This document shows, in pieces, positions 1 through 9,896 of a stretch of DNA of 64,000 bases. The position numbers and the translations under genes are program-made. Positions within the stretch are counted from its first letter, which is position 1. Each line of letters begins with the position of its first letter. The stretch is from an uncultured delta proteobacterium (GTDB lineage: Bacteria > Myxococcota_A > Polyangia > Haliangiales > Haliangiaceae), in contig CAVUQH010000003.1 in NCBI GenBank assembly GCA_963743525.1, forward strand, positions 640,001 through 704,000. The letters run 5' to 3'. The notes under the pieces are model-generated. The model was given only the letters and a program-made list of their open reading frames with translations. It was not told where the DNA came from and ran no database searches.

Positions 1-1104
1 GATCTCGTCAGCACCGCCGCCGATGGAAAGCAGCCGCCCATCTCGGTACAGCTGTGACGCCGCGTTGTCCCACATGAAGCCCATGCCGCCCCAGTACTGC
101 AGGCAGGTGTCGGCCACCTCGCGGGTCAGTCGCCCGGCCTTGAGCTTGGCCATCGACGCCAGCAGGGTGACGTTGGCGCCGCCGATGTACTCCTCGCAGG
201 CGCGATAGACCATCGACCGCAGCGCCTCGACCTCGGTCAACAGCTCGGCCATGCGGAAGTGGATCACCTGGTTGTCGATCAGCGGCTGGCCGAACGTCTT
301 GCGCTCGCGGCAGTAGTCGATGGTCGCGGCGATCACGTTTTCCATGCCGCGCAGGCTGTTGCTGGCGGCGAACATGCGCTCTTCCTGGAACTGCATCATC
401 TGCAGCATGAAGCCCATGCCCTCTTGACCGATGCGGTTGCGCTGCGGCACGCGCACGTCTTCGAAGAAGACCTGCGCGGTATCCGACGAGCGCATGCCCA
501 GCTTGTCGAGCTTGTCGCTGACCGTGATCCCTTTGCTGTTCATCGGCACGATGATCAGCGACTTGTTCTTGTGGACCGAGCCCTCCGACGTGTTGGCCAG
601 CAGGCAGATGAAGTCGGCCTGGGTCGCGTTGGTGATCCACATCTTGCTGCCGTTGATGATGTAGTCGTCGCCGTCCTTGCGCGCGCTGGTCTTGAGCGCG
701 GCAACGTCGGAGCCGCCGCCGACCTCGGACACGCCGATGCAGCCGATCATCTCGCCGGCGATCGCCGGACGCAGGAACTCGTCGCGCAGCTCGTCGGAGC
801 CGAACCGCGCCAGCGCCGGCGTGCACATGTCCGTCTGCACCCCGATCGCCATCGGCACGCCGCCGCAGTGGATGGCTCCCAGCTCCTCGTTCACGACCAT
901 GCCGTAGCTGTAGTCCAGGCCCATCCCGCCGTAGGCCTCGGGCTTGGTCACGCCCAGGAGGCCCAGCTTGCCCATCTTGGGAAACAGCTCCCTGGCGGGA
1001 AAGGGCGGGTTCCGCTCCCATTCCTCGACGTAAGGGTTAATCTCCTTGTCGATGAACTCACGGACGGTCTTGCGCAGCTGTTTGTGTTCTTCGGTGAATT
1101 CCAC
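1..1104 (-). CDS. Acyl-CoA dehydrogenase (AtuD/citronellyl-CoA dehydrogenase-like), 3' end outside the window
   Basis: Manual translation from GTG at 1104 (VEFTEEHKQLRKTVREF...), with motifs SEVGGGSD, INGSKMWITN, KLGMRSSDT, RKTFGQPL and IGGGADEI. Purine-rich RBS upstream. Not in the ORF track because no stop lies in the window. Confidence 0.9.
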   Translation of the reverse strand, partial: MEFTEEHKQLRKTVREFIDKEINPYVEEWERNPPFPARELFPKMGKLGLLGVTKPEAYGGMGLDYSYGMVVNEELGAIHCGGVPMAIGVQTDMCTPALARFGSDELRDEFLRPAIAGEMIGCIGVSEVGGGSDVAALKTSARKDGDDYIINGSKMWITNATQADFICLLANTSEGSVHKNKSLIIVPMNSKGITVSDKLDKLGMRSSDTAQVFFEDVRVPQRNRIGQEGMGFMLQMMQFQEERMFAASNSLRGMENVIAATIDYCRERKTFGQPLIDNQVIHFRMAELLTEVEALRSMVYRACEEYIGGANVTLLASMAKLKAGRLTREVADTCLQYWGGMGFMWDNAASQLYRDGRLLSIGGGADEI

Positions 1105-1117
1105 GTCGCTTCTCCCT

Positions 1118-2287
1118 GTGCGGACGGTAGCAGAGCTCGCGCTGGTCGTGCTGCTGTTCGGCGCCGCCGCCTGCGGCAAGAGCGACGAGTCTACCGAGCC
1201 GTCGGCTGGCGCTTCGGGGTCGGACGAGTCGGCCGGAGTGCCCGAATCCGCCGGAGGGTCCCCCGAGATCGACCTGGCCAAGCCCGACGACACCGCCGGC
1301 GGCGAGGTCGGGTTGAAGCTGCCTCAAAAGGCCGTCGAAACTCCAGCCGAGAAGACCCTGGGCGAGCGCTGCGCGCTCGACGTGCCGCTGCCGGCAGGCA
1401 AGTGCATCGACCTGACGCTGGGCGACATCGCCGCCGGCTCCGACGGCGCGATCTATCTGATGGAGCACGAAGCCGGTGTGCGCCGGCTGGTGGTGCAGGC
1501 GGGGGACGGCTGCACCCTGGCCGCCGACGACAGCTTCGGCGAAGGCGGTCAGCTGCCGCTGCCCAAGCCGCCGCCGGTGGGGCAGAAGCTCGACGGCAAG
1601 ATCTACATGCGCTCGGGCGGCGCCAAGTTCGCGTTCGCCGCCGGACCCGGCGGCTCGGTCTACATCTACGACTACCTCGACGGCTTGCACCGCATCGCCG
1701 GCAAGGCCGGCCCGGCCAGCTGCATCGGCGTCCCCGGCCTCAGCGCGGTCGCCTTCTCCAACGGCAAGCCACTGGCCGCGCGCGGCGGCGACCTGGTGCC
1801 GCTGGCCGCCAGGGGCAAGAGCTGCACCGCCGGCAAGCCGCAGGCGTCGCCCCTCAACATGATCACCGCGCTGTGGGGTGATGGGCGCTCGCTGTACGTC
1901 GGCGGGACCGCCAGGGACGGCAAGAAGCGCCTGGTCCGCGTCAACGGCAAGAAGTCGACCTGGACCGCGGGCGCCGATGACGCCTTCGCCGAAGGCGGCC
2001 TGTGCTGGGTCAACCAGATCACCGGCTGCGGCGACGATTTGTGCGTGGTCGACGGCAACTGCAACAAGGTCAGCCGTTTCGCCAGGAAGGACGGTGCGTT
2101 CGCCGGCGAGTGGAAGAACGACGCGCTGTTCGGCATGAACGTCAACAAGGTGCAGGGGCTGGCAGCGGGGCCTGGCGGCGTGTTGTGGGCGTCGGTGTCG
2201 ATGCGGCGCAAGGACGGCAGCTGCGAGGGCGCCATCTACCGGATCGCGTCGCCCGGGAAGGCCCCGGCGGCCGGGGACGTAAAATAA
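1118..2287 (+). CDS. Hypothetical lipoprotein, beta-propeller-like
   Basis: Hydrophobic stretch plus lipobox AAAC-G, a low-complexity linker, then repeated blade-like segments (DGAIYL, GGSVYI, GRSLYV, GGVLWA). Start uncertain (ORF open from 1046). Confidence 0.65.
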   Translation: MRTVAELALVVLLFGAAACGKSDESTEPSAGASGSDESAGVPESAGGSPEIDLAKPDDTAGGEVGLKLPQKAVETPAEKTLGERCALDVPLPAGKCIDLTLGDIAAGSDGAIYLMEHEAGVRRLVVQAGDGCTLAADDSFGEGGQLPLPKPPPVGQKLDGKIYMRSGGAKFAFAAGPGGSVYIYDYLDGLHRIAGKAGPASCIGVPGLSAVAFSNGKPLAARGGDLVPLAARGKSCTAGKPQASPLNMITALWGDGRSLYVGGTARDGKKRLVRVNGKKSTWTAGADDAFAEGGLCWVNQITGCGDDLCVVDGNCNKVSRFARKDGAFAGEWKNDALFGMNVNKVQGLAAGPGGVLWASVSMRRKDGSCEGAIYRIASPGKAPAAGDVK

Positions 2288-2292
2288 CTGCC

Positions 2293-3621
2293 GTGCGGAT
2301 CCTGTTCCTCGAGGTCGACACCGAGCGCTCGTGGGCCGTTGCGTCCATCGGGCCCGGCTTCATCGGCGCCTACCTGCGCTCGCATGGTCACGAGGTGCGC
2401 TTCCATCGCGCCGGCCTGGACGATTCCGACGACGCCGTGGTGCAGGCGGTGGTCGACGCCGCCCCCGAGCTGATCGGCGTGTCGCTGACCACGCGCCAGT
2501 GGCTGCGCGGTCGCCACCTGATCGGCGCCATCCGCGCGCGCCACGACGTGCCGGTCGTCGCCGGCGGTCTGCACCCGACCTTCTCGCCCGAGGAAGTCCT
2601 CGCTTCCCCCGGCTTCGACTACGTCTGCCTGGGCGAGGGCGAGCGCGCGACCCTGGCCCTGGTCCGCGCGCTCGAGCGCGGCGCTCCGGCCGACGGCATC
2701 GACAACCTGTGGAGCCGCGGCGGCCCGCGGCCGCGCCTGGGCGAGCCGTTCGCACCACTCGACGAGCTGCCGTTCCTCGCCCGCGATCTCCTGAACGAGC
2801 CAACCGGCGTCGTGCACATGGCCACCCAGCGAGGTTGCCCGTTCCCGTGCACCTACTGCGCCGCGCGCATGTACAACCAGCTGTACGAGGGAACCGGCGA
2901 CTACGGCCGGCGGCGCTCGCACGAAAACGTGATGGCCGAGCTGCGCCAGCTGCGCGACGACGGCAGGCTGTCGTACATCATCTTTCTCGACGACACCTTC
3001 ACCATCCACCACCCATGGGTGCGCGAGTTCTGCCGCATCTACGGCCACGAGATCGGCGCGCCGTTCTCGCTGCACGCGCGGGTCGAGACGGTCAACGAGA
3101 AGCTCTTGCACACCCTGGCCGCCGCCGGCTGCACCCAGATCACCTACGGCGTCGAGTCGGGCAGCGAGCGCGTGCGCCGCGAGATCATGCGCCGCCCGGT
3201 GACCAACCAGCGCTTCCGCGACGTCTTCCGCTGGACGCGCGAGGCCGGCATCGCCGTCACCGCCAACTACATGCTGGGCATTCCCGGCGAGACCCCGGGC
3301 GACCTCGACCAGACCATGGCGCTGGCCGAGGAGCTCGAGGTGCTCGACTTCGGCTACTTCGTCTTCTACCCCTACCCGGGCACGCAGCTGTTCCAGCTCT
3401 GTCGCGACCGCGGCTACCTGCCCGACGATTACCTCGAGCGACCGGCCAACCACCGCGAGACCATCCTCGATCTGCCGGGCCTGACCGGCGGCGATATCAG
3501 CCACTACTACGACCGCTTCACCGCCCTGCGCAAGCGCCTGTACGGCGAGCGCGCGGCCACGCACGGTGTCGATCCGGTCGGCGCTACCGATCATGTCGAT
3601 CTCCTCGCTACCAGCGGTTGA
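2293..3621 (+). CDS. Cobalamin (B12)-binding radical SAM protein
   Basis: N-terminal B12-binding-like region (VVAGGLHPT, GEGE), CPFPCTYC cluster motif, FLDDTF, GVESGS, GIPGET, PYPGT. GTG start at 2293. Confidence 0.9.
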   Translation: MRILFLEVDTERSWAVASIGPGFIGAYLRSHGHEVRFHRAGLDDSDDAVVQAVVDAAPELIGVSLTTRQWLRGRHLIGAIRARHDVPVVAGGLHPTFSPEEVLASPGFDYVCLGEGERATLALVRALERGAPADGIDNLWSRGGPRPRLGEPFAPLDELPFLARDLLNEPTGVVHMATQRGCPFPCTYCAARMYNQLYEGTGDYGRRRSHENVMAELRQLRDDGRLSYIIFLDDTFTIHHPWVREFCRIYGHEIGAPFSLHARVETVNEKLLHTLAAAGCTQITYGVESGSERVRREIMRRPVTNQRFRDVFRWTREAGIAVTANYMLGIPGETPGDLDQTMALAEELEVLDFGYFVFYPYPGTQLFQLCRDRGYLPDDYLERPANHRETILDLPGLTGGDISHYYDRFTALRKRLYGERAATHGVDPVGATDHVDLLATSG

Positions 3622-4360
3622 GCTCGGTTGTCGCGCGCTGGCCGAGCGCGGCTTCGCCCACATACCCGGCGCGCTGACGCCCGATCAGGTCGCCGCCGTG
3701 CGCGCCGACCTCGACAGCATCGCCGCCGGCGCGCCGCCCGGGCCGTACGGCTCGATCGTCCACGACGTCTGGTCGCGAGCGCCGGTCTGTCGCGCCGTGA
3801 TCCAGGAGGGGCTGCCGGCCCGCGTGGCGCTCGCGCTCACCTGCGAGCCGTCGCTGCTGTTGTTCCAGGATCTGCTCATCGACAAGCCACCGGGCGCGTC
3901 GACCACGCTTCACTGGCACCAGGACTACGCCTACTGGCCGCTCGACTGTTCGCGCGGAGTGACCCTGTGGTTCGCTCTCGACGACGCCGACGAGGACAAC
4001 GGCTGCCTGCGCTACGTCCCCGGATCGCATCACCTGGGCGAGCGCCGCGCCACCGACTTTTCCGGCGGCGCGATGTCGATCGACGACGCGCTGCCGGCGA
4101 TCGACGAGGCGCGCTGTGCGCGCGACGGCGTGTCGATGCCGGTCCGCGCCGGCGACGCCCTCGCTCACGATCCCCTGGTCTGGCACATGTCGCCGGCGAA
4201 TCGATCGAATCGTCCGCGCCGCGCCTGGTCGCTGACCTTCATCGTGCCGGCCGCGCGATGGGCTCCCGACCACGCGACCCATCCGTTCCTGCACATCCTG
4301 CAGCCGACCGCCGGCGCCCCGCCGCGCGGCGAACGGTTTCCCCGCTTCGACGCCGAGTGA
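3593..4360 (+). CDS. Fe(II)/2-oxoglutarate dioxygenase, PhyH family
   Basis: WHQD (HxD) motif, NGCLRYVPGSH, distal His in WHMSPAN followed by R. Overlaps the radical SAM stop; start approximate. Confidence 0.85.
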   Translation: MSISSLPAVELGCRALAERGFAHIPGALTPDQVAAVRADLDSIAAGAPPGPYGSIVHDVWSRAPVCRAVIQEGLPARVALALTCEPSLLLFQDLLIDKPPGASTTLHWHQDYAYWPLDCSRGVTLWFALDDADEDNGCLRYVPGSHHLGERRATDFSGGAMSIDDALPAIDEARCARDGVSMPVRAGDALAHDPLVWHMSPANRSNRPRRAWSLTFIVPAARWAPDHATHPFLHILQPTAGAPPRGERFPRFDAE

Positions 4361-4361
4361 G

Positions 4362-4742
4362 CTACGGCGCGCCGTCGATCGACGCCGGCGGTTCGCGCAG
4401 CGAATGCGGGGGCGCGCCGTCGCCGGTCGACACCGCGTGCAGGACCATCAGCGCGACCAGTACCGTCGCGCCGGCGAGGAGCAGCGCGGCCGGCCGCTCC
4501 CACCACGACCAGGCGCGAGGCGGCGGCGCCAGCTCGGAGGCCACCGCGCGCCGCAATGCCAGGCGCAGGTCATCGGACGGACAGTCGCCGTCGTCGGCCT
4601 CGATCGCACGCTTCAGATCGATGAAGTCGGCCAGGCAGCGGTGGCAGGCCAGCAGATGTTCTTCGACGTCCGACCGCGTCTCGGGCGACAGCTCGGCAAA
4701 GTGGTACGCGACCAGCTCGGGTTGAATGGTGGTGCAGCTCAT
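4362..4742 (-). CDS. Zinc-binding anti-sigma factor (zf-HC2) with one TM helix
   Basis: HLLACHRC (HxxxCxxC) plus a C-terminal hydrophobic helix. Start overlaps the sigma factor stop (TGATG). Confidence 0.85.
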   Translation of the reverse strand: MSCTTIQPELVAYHFAELSPETRSDVEEHLLACHRCLADFIDLKRAIEADDGDCPSDDLRLALRRAVASELAPPPRAWSWWERPAALLLAGATVLVALMVLHAVSTGDGAPPHSLREPPASIDGAP

Positions 4743-5269
4743 CAGCTCATCTCCTCACGCAGGCTGCGGAGCATGGCGTTCATCCGCGACTTGACCGTTC
4801 CGATGGGAATGCCCAGAGCCTCGGACACGCCTTCGTACGACATGCCGCTGGCGCGCAGCGAGTAGACCTCGGCCAGGTGGGCGGGCAGGCGCGCGACCGC
4901 GCGGCGGACTGCCTGGGCGGTGTCGGCGCGGATCAGCTCCGACTCCGGCCCGTGGCCGTCGGGCGGCGGCGCGCCGGCGACCGCTTCGAATGCCCGCGCT
5001 TCGCGGTCGCGGCTGCGCAGGCGGTTGAGGCACAGGTTGCGCGCCACGCGGTACAGCCACGCCTTGAAGCTGAGCTTGGTCTCGGGCTTGTGGCGCTCGT
5101 GCAGCACGGCGAGGAACGCCTCCTGGAACACCTCCTCGGCCTGGGCGAGGTCGGCCAGGTTGCGGCGGATGAAGCCGAACAGCGGCCGCTCGTAGCGCCG
5201 GTACAGCTCGTCGAAGGCGGCCATGTCGCCGCCGGCGAGCTGCTCGTAGAGCGATTCGTCCGAGCGCAT
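4742..5269 (-). CDS. ECF sigma-70 factor
   Basis: Region 2 (AEEVFQEAFL, FKAWLYRVARN) and region 4 (SYEGVSEALGIPIGTVKSR). ATG at 5269. Confidence 0.92.
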   Translation of the reverse strand: MRSDESLYEQLAGGDMAAFDELYRRYERPLFGFIRRNLADLAQAEEVFQEAFLAVLHERHKPETKLSFKAWLYRVARNLCLNRLRSRDREARAFEAVAGAPPPDGHGPESELIRADTAQAVRRAVARLPAHLAEVYSLRASGMSYEGVSEALGIPIGTVKSRMNAMLRSLREEMS

Positions 5270-5271
5270 GG

Positions 5272-5634
5272 CTATCCCGCGGCGCGCGGCTTGCGGGCGA
5301 CGCGGATCGCGCTGGCGGTCAACAGCAGGCCGGCAACCAGCACGAACATGAACGCCAGCACGAGGTTGTTGAGCGACTCGGCACAGCCCTCCGCCGCGAT
5401 CGCCACCTGCTGCTCGGGCGGGACCTTCCAGATGTAGTGGAAGGTCTTGATCAGGCCGGTGGCCAGGCCCAATGCGCCGGCGGTCACGGTGAGCAGGCCG
5501 AAGCCGCGCGCCACGGCGCGATAGCGCTGCTCGGGCCGGATCAGCGCGACCACGGCCGAGGCGACCAGGAAGAAGCCAAAGAATGCGGTGGGGAACATGC
5601 CCCAGCCGCCGTTCCTGAAGAAGTTGGACAGCAT
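5272..5634 (-). CDS. Small 3-TM membrane protein, MotA/TolQ/ExbB-like
   Basis: MLSNFFRNGGWGM start, GALGLATGLIKTF and AEGCAESL segments resembling ExbB/TolQ TM2-3. First gene of the ECF operon. Confidence 0.65.
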   Translation of the reverse strand: MLSNFFRNGGWGMFPTAFFGFFLVASAVVALIRPEQRYRAVARGFGLLTVTAGALGLATGLIKTFHYIWKVPPEQQVAIAAEGCAESLNNLVLAFMFVLVAGLLLTASAIRVARKPRAAG

Positions 5635-5766
5635 TCCGTTCGCTCCCTTCATCGAGTAAGGAACCGCAGGCGGGTTTTTGTTCGCGCGTTCCCCGGATTG
5701 GAGCCGTAACCCTCGGGAAACTGAGGTGGGGACCGGGCAAGCACCCGGAGTGACAGACACCGCGAC

Positions 5767-5782
5767 TGGCATGGGCGTTGCT
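5767..5782 (+). promoter_or_regulatory. Sigma54 (-24/-12) promoter upstream of the TonB-dependent receptor
   Basis: TGGCATgggcgTTGCT matches TGGCAC-N5-TTGCW with exact GG-N10-GC spacing. Confidence 0.65.
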
Positions 5783-5795
5783 TCGAAGCAGGTGG

Positions 5796-7911
5796 ATGCG
5801 CGGTGCGAGGTGGATGGGGCCGGCGGCGGTCGGGCTGCTGCTGGCGGTCCGGGCGGCCCCGGCGGTGGCCGAGCCGGACGCCGTGGACCCCACCGACGCC
5901 GCCCGCCACCGCCACCGACGCCGACGCCGCCACCGCCACCGACGCCGCCACCGCCACCGACGCCGACGCCGCCGCGCCGGTCGCTGACAGCTCGGGCGAG
6001 GTGATCGTCGTGACCGGCAAGGCGCCCGACACCACCGAGCCGGTGACCTACGAGCTGACTCCCGACGTCATTCGCCGCGTGCCCGGCTCCGGCAACGACG
6101 CGCTCAAGTCGCTGCAGACCATGCCCGGCGTCGGCCGTGTGCCCTACGGCATGGGCGGCCTGATCCTCCGCGGCACCTCGCCGCGCGACAGCAACGTCTA
6201 CCTCGACGGCATCGAGGTGCCGCTGCTCTACCACTTCGGCGGGCTGGCGTCGTTCTATCCGTCGGCGCTGCTGTCGTCGCTCGAGCTCACGCCGGGCGGC
6301 TACTCGGTGGAGTACGGTCGCGGCCAGGGCGGGCTGGCCAACCTCACCTCGCGGGCCGGGCGACGCGATCACTGGCGGGTCGCCTCCGAGGTCAGCATGA
6401 TCGACGCGTCGCTGCGCGCCGACGGGCCGGCGGGTGCGCGCAGCAGCTGGTCGATGGCGCTGCGCCGCTCGTACGTCGACGCGGTGCTGCCGCTGGTCGG
6501 CGGCGATCAGGAGATGACCAACGCCCCTCGCTACTGGGACGGCCAGCTGCGCTACGACGTCAACCTGTGGCCGGGCGGGCGCATCACCGCGCTGCTGTTC
6601 GGGTCCGACGACCAGATCGGGCTCCGCTACGGCGTCGACCAGGACAAGCTGTTTCGCTTCCGCACCCGCTTTGCCCGCCTGGGCGTGCGCTTTCGCCAGC
6701 GCAGCCGCGACACCACCGTCGAGCTGCTGCCGTGGATCGGCACCGAGCGCTACAATCTGGTGTCGACCTTTCAGTCGATGACCAGCAGCAACACGCCGGT
6801 CGGCGCCCGCGGCCGGATCACCCACCGGCTGGGCGGCGGACAGGTCAGCGCCGGCGTCGACCTGTCCGGTGGAGAGTTCTCGGTTGCTTCGCTGACCGTC
6901 TCCGACGACACCACGACCGAGATCGAGCGCGCCGGTCGCTTCGCCGACGGTGCGCTGTGGAGCGAAGGCCTGTGGCGCGTAGCCGGCGGGCGCGTGAGCA
7001 TCGAGCCAGGCCTGCGGGCCGAACACTATGGCCTGGCCGACGCGTGGGTGTTCGATCCGCGGCTGGTGGTGAACGAGCAGGTCGCGCCGCGCGTGGGCCT
7101 GCGGCAGGCGGTGGGCGTCTTCCACCAGGGCCCCGGAGTCGCCGACTCGCTGTGGGGCAACGACGAGCTGGGACCATCCTACAGCGTGCAGTCGTCGGCC
7201 GGCATCACGGTCAACGTCGGCGGTGGCGCCTCGCTGGACGCCGCCGGCTTCTACTCGTGGTTGCGCGATCTCGCCGTCGACGATCCCAACGCCGACGACT
7301 CCATGTTCGACAACTTCGACACCTACAAGATCGGCGCCATCGCCTCGAGTCGCGAGTTCATCGCCGAGCAGTTCGGCACGTTCAGCAAGCTGGCCAACAT
7401 CGGCCGGGGCCGCAGCTACGGCGCCGAGCTCCTGGCCCGCTACGTCGGCGCCCGCGGCTTCGCCTGGGTGGCGTATACCTACTCGCGCAGCCGCCGCCGC
7501 ATCGGCGACCTGCCGTGGGAGCGCTGGGTGCTCGACCAACCCCACCTGCTGACCGCCCTCGGCTCGGTGGTCGTCGGCGGGCGGTGGCATCTCGGCGCGC
7601 GGTTTCGCTACGCCTCGGGCAACCCGATCACGCCGCTGGTCGGCCGCACCCTGGACGGCAACGACGAGTGGCAGCCGATCTTCGGCGCACCGTTCTCCGA
7701 TCGCTTGCCCGCCTTCGTCCAGCTCGACCTGCGAGTCAACCGCGACTGGATCCGCAGCTGGGGAACGATCTCGATCTTCCTCGACGTGCAGAACGTGACC
7801 CGCCGGGGCAACGTCGAAGGTCGCGTCTACGAGGACGACTACAGCGGCTTCGAGTCGACCAAGGGACTGCCGCTGTTGCCCTCGTTCGGCCTGTCGTACA
7901 CGCCCAACTAG
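5796..7911 (+). CDS. TonB-dependent receptor (apparent +1 frameshift near 5903)
   Basis: Signal peptide (MGPAAVGLLLAVRAAPAVA) lies in the 5796 frame. TonB box-like EVIVVTG, plug (LQTMPGV, YLDGIEVP) and barrel lie in the 5803 frame. Removing one C at 5902-5904 joins them. Confidence 0.88.
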
Positions 7912-7932
7912 CCGTCGTGCTAGCGTCTACGG

Positions 7933-8418
7933 GTGCTCCGCGCGCTCTGCGTCCTGTGCCTGCTCGCCGCCTGCGACACCAGCTCGTCGCCGCCGTCACC
8001 GGCGCCGGTGGTCACGCCGAGCGGTCCGGTGCGGCTGGTCGAAGCCGGCGCCGGCGAGGTGCAACCGCTGGTGAAGACCGCGCTGGCCAACGCCGCCCGC
8101 GACCATCGGCGTCTCCTGGTTTACGTCGGCGCCACCTGGTGCGAGCCGTGCAAGGCGTTCCACGCCGCCGCTGCCGCCGGTGAGCTCGACGCCACGCTGC
8201 CCGGGCTGACCCTGCTCGAGTTCGACCTCGACCGCGACAACAAACGGCTCACCGCCGCCGGCTACACCTCGGAGCTGGTGCCGCTGTTCGCGGTGCCCGG
8301 CGCCGACGGCCGCGCCTCGGGCCGCGCGACCTCCGGCGCCTACAAGGGCGGCAACTACGTCGCCCAGCTGGCGCCGCGCATCCGGACGCTGCTCGAGCCG
8401 GCGCCGCCCGCGCCCTAG
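7933..8418 (+). CDS. Thioredoxin-like lipoprotein
   Basis: Lipobox LAAC; GATWCEPC CxxC motif. Confidence 0.85.
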   Translation: MLRALCVLCLLAACDTSSSPPSPAPVVTPSGPVRLVEAGAGEVQPLVKTALANAARDHRRLLVYVGATWCEPCKAFHAAAAAGELDATLPGLTLLEFDLDRDNKRLTAAGYTSELVPLFAVPGADGRASGRATSGAYKGGNYVAQLAPRIRTLLEPAPPAP

Positions 8419-8990
8419 CCAGCCTGGTCAACCACCGCCTGACCGCGCGGGGCGAGTCGGTAGCGGCCGGCCTCGCGCTCCATGTACCGCCCCATGATGA
8501 GCTCGCGGCGAATGGTGCAGAAGTCGCTGTGGAACGCCTTGATGTAGTTCGACAGCTGGCGCTCGGTGTAGACCTCGTGACGGGGCAGCCGCCGGAGGAG
8601 CTCCTCGAAGACGATCTCCTTCTTGCGCCGCTGTGACGGGATGGCGGTAAGTCGATCGCCGTCGAAGAAGGTCTCGAGCACCTTGCGCCGGTCGGCGTCG
8701 AGCCCGGCGGTCGCCAGCTTGCTGACCTTCTTCTCGTCGGTCACCGACAGCACCGCCGCGCGCAGCGCCTGCTGATCGAACTGATAGAAGACGTACGGCG
8801 GCTCGCGCCGCTCGCGCAGCAGACCGGCGTTGCGCAGGCGGCGCAGGTGATGCGAGACCGTCGCCGTGGACAGCGACAGCTCGGCCGCCAGCTCCTGGCC
8901 GCAGCGCTCGCCCTGGACCAGCAACCCGACCATGCGCAGGCGCGCCGGGTCGGCCAGGGACTTGAAGATTGTTACCAAATCGGCAGCCAT
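8415..8990 (-). CDS. ArsR-family HTH regulator fused to a DUF2087-like domain
   Basis: FKSLADPARL...TVSHHL ArsR HTH, then FF.G.RL..IP..RRKK, YTERQ, DFCTIRREL. Confidence 0.85.
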   Translation of the reverse strand: MAADLVTIFKSLADPARLRMVGLLVQGERCGQELAAELSLSTATVSHHLRRLRNAGLLRERREPPYVFYQFDQQALRAAVLSVTDEKKVSKLATAGLDADRRKVLETFFDGDRLTAIPSQRRKKEIVFEELLRRLPRHEVYTERQLSNYIKAFHSDFCTIRRELIMGRYMEREAGRYRLAPRGQAVVDQAG

Positions 8991-9014
8991 CGATTAGATG
9001 ACTATCAAATCGAT
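8989..9014. promoter_or_regulatory. 26-bp imperfect palindrome, probable ArsR operator
   Basis: ATCGATTaGATgactATCaAATCGAT abuts the ArsR start codon. Confidence 0.6.
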
Positions 9015-9075
9015 AAGTGTCAGCGCAAGCAATTCTGCCACCGGCAGCGCCCGGCGGCCCGCTGGCGCCGTTTGG

Positions 9076-9744
9076 CTACCAGGGAAGCGATTCGCCGTTG
9101 GCGTGCACGAAGCTGCCGGAGCTTTCCAGCGTCAGCTCGCGGATGCGCTCGATCAGATTGGCCGCCGCTTCGGCGGCGTCGACGTTGCCGGTGCCGCCGG
9201 TCATCTCGGTGCGCACCCAGCCCGGATGCAGCAGGCGCACGGCGATCTTGCGCGGCGCCAGATCGTGCGCCAGCGACCGCCCGGCCATGTTCAGCGCCGC
9301 CTTCGACATGCGGTAGCCGTAGCTGCCACCGGAGCTGTTGTCGCCGATCGAGCCCATCCGGCTGGTGACCAGTCCGACCTTCGCTCCGGGAGCCAGGCAT
9401 GGCAGCAACGTCGCGGTGGCGACCAGCGGGCCGAGGGCGTTGACCTCGAACTGCCTGCGCACGCTGTCCGGGTCGAGCGAGGACAGGTTCGTCGGCTGGA
9501 GAATGCCGGCGACGACGACCAGCCAGTCGAGCGACTCCGGACCGAGCTCCCTGGCCAGCACCTCCAGGGATCCGCGGTCGGTGACGTCGACACCTGTGTG
9601 GATCGCACAGCCCGACAGCGCCGCGAGCGCCTCCGACGAGGTGCGACACGCCGCGTGGACGACGTCGCCGTCCCCGGCGAGCTGCTTGCAGATCTCGAGG
9701 CCGATGCCCCGGTTCGACCCGATGACGAGAACTCGATTGCTCAC
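9076..9744 (-). CDS. Short-chain dehydrogenase/reductase (C-factor/CsgA-like subgroup)
   Basis: GSNRGIG, SRMGSIGDN, YGYRMSK (YxxxK), HPGWVRTEM. Confidence 0.9.
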   Translation of the reverse strand: MSNRVLVIGSNRGIGLEICKQLAGDGDVVHAACRTSSEALAALSGCAIHTGVDVTDRGSLEVLARELGPESLDWLVVVAGILQPTNLSSLDPDSVRRQFEVNALGPLVATATLLPCLAPGAKVGLVTSRMGSIGDNSSGGSYGYRMSKAALNMAGRSLAHDLAPRKIAVRLLHPGWVRTEMTGGTGNVDAAEAAANLIERIRELTLESSGSFVHANGESLPW

Positions 9745-9896
9745 GATTGCCTCCGCACGAAGCCTACCCGCTCTGGACCCTCGCGCCCAGCGGGGCCGAT
9801 CCGAGCTTGCGGGGGCGCCTGCGCCGACTGGCGTATATACTCACCGCGCTGGCATTTTTGGGGCTACATGGGCGGCGACCAGGGGTCGTAACGTCA

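Noticed and set aside
5905..5975. ATATDAD repeat in the TBDR as a separate element
   Set aside because: An ordinary low-complexity linker between signal peptide and TonB box.
9076..9744. Calling the SDR csgA (C-signal)
   Set aside because: The subfamily resemblance is real, but orthology cannot be shown from motifs alone.
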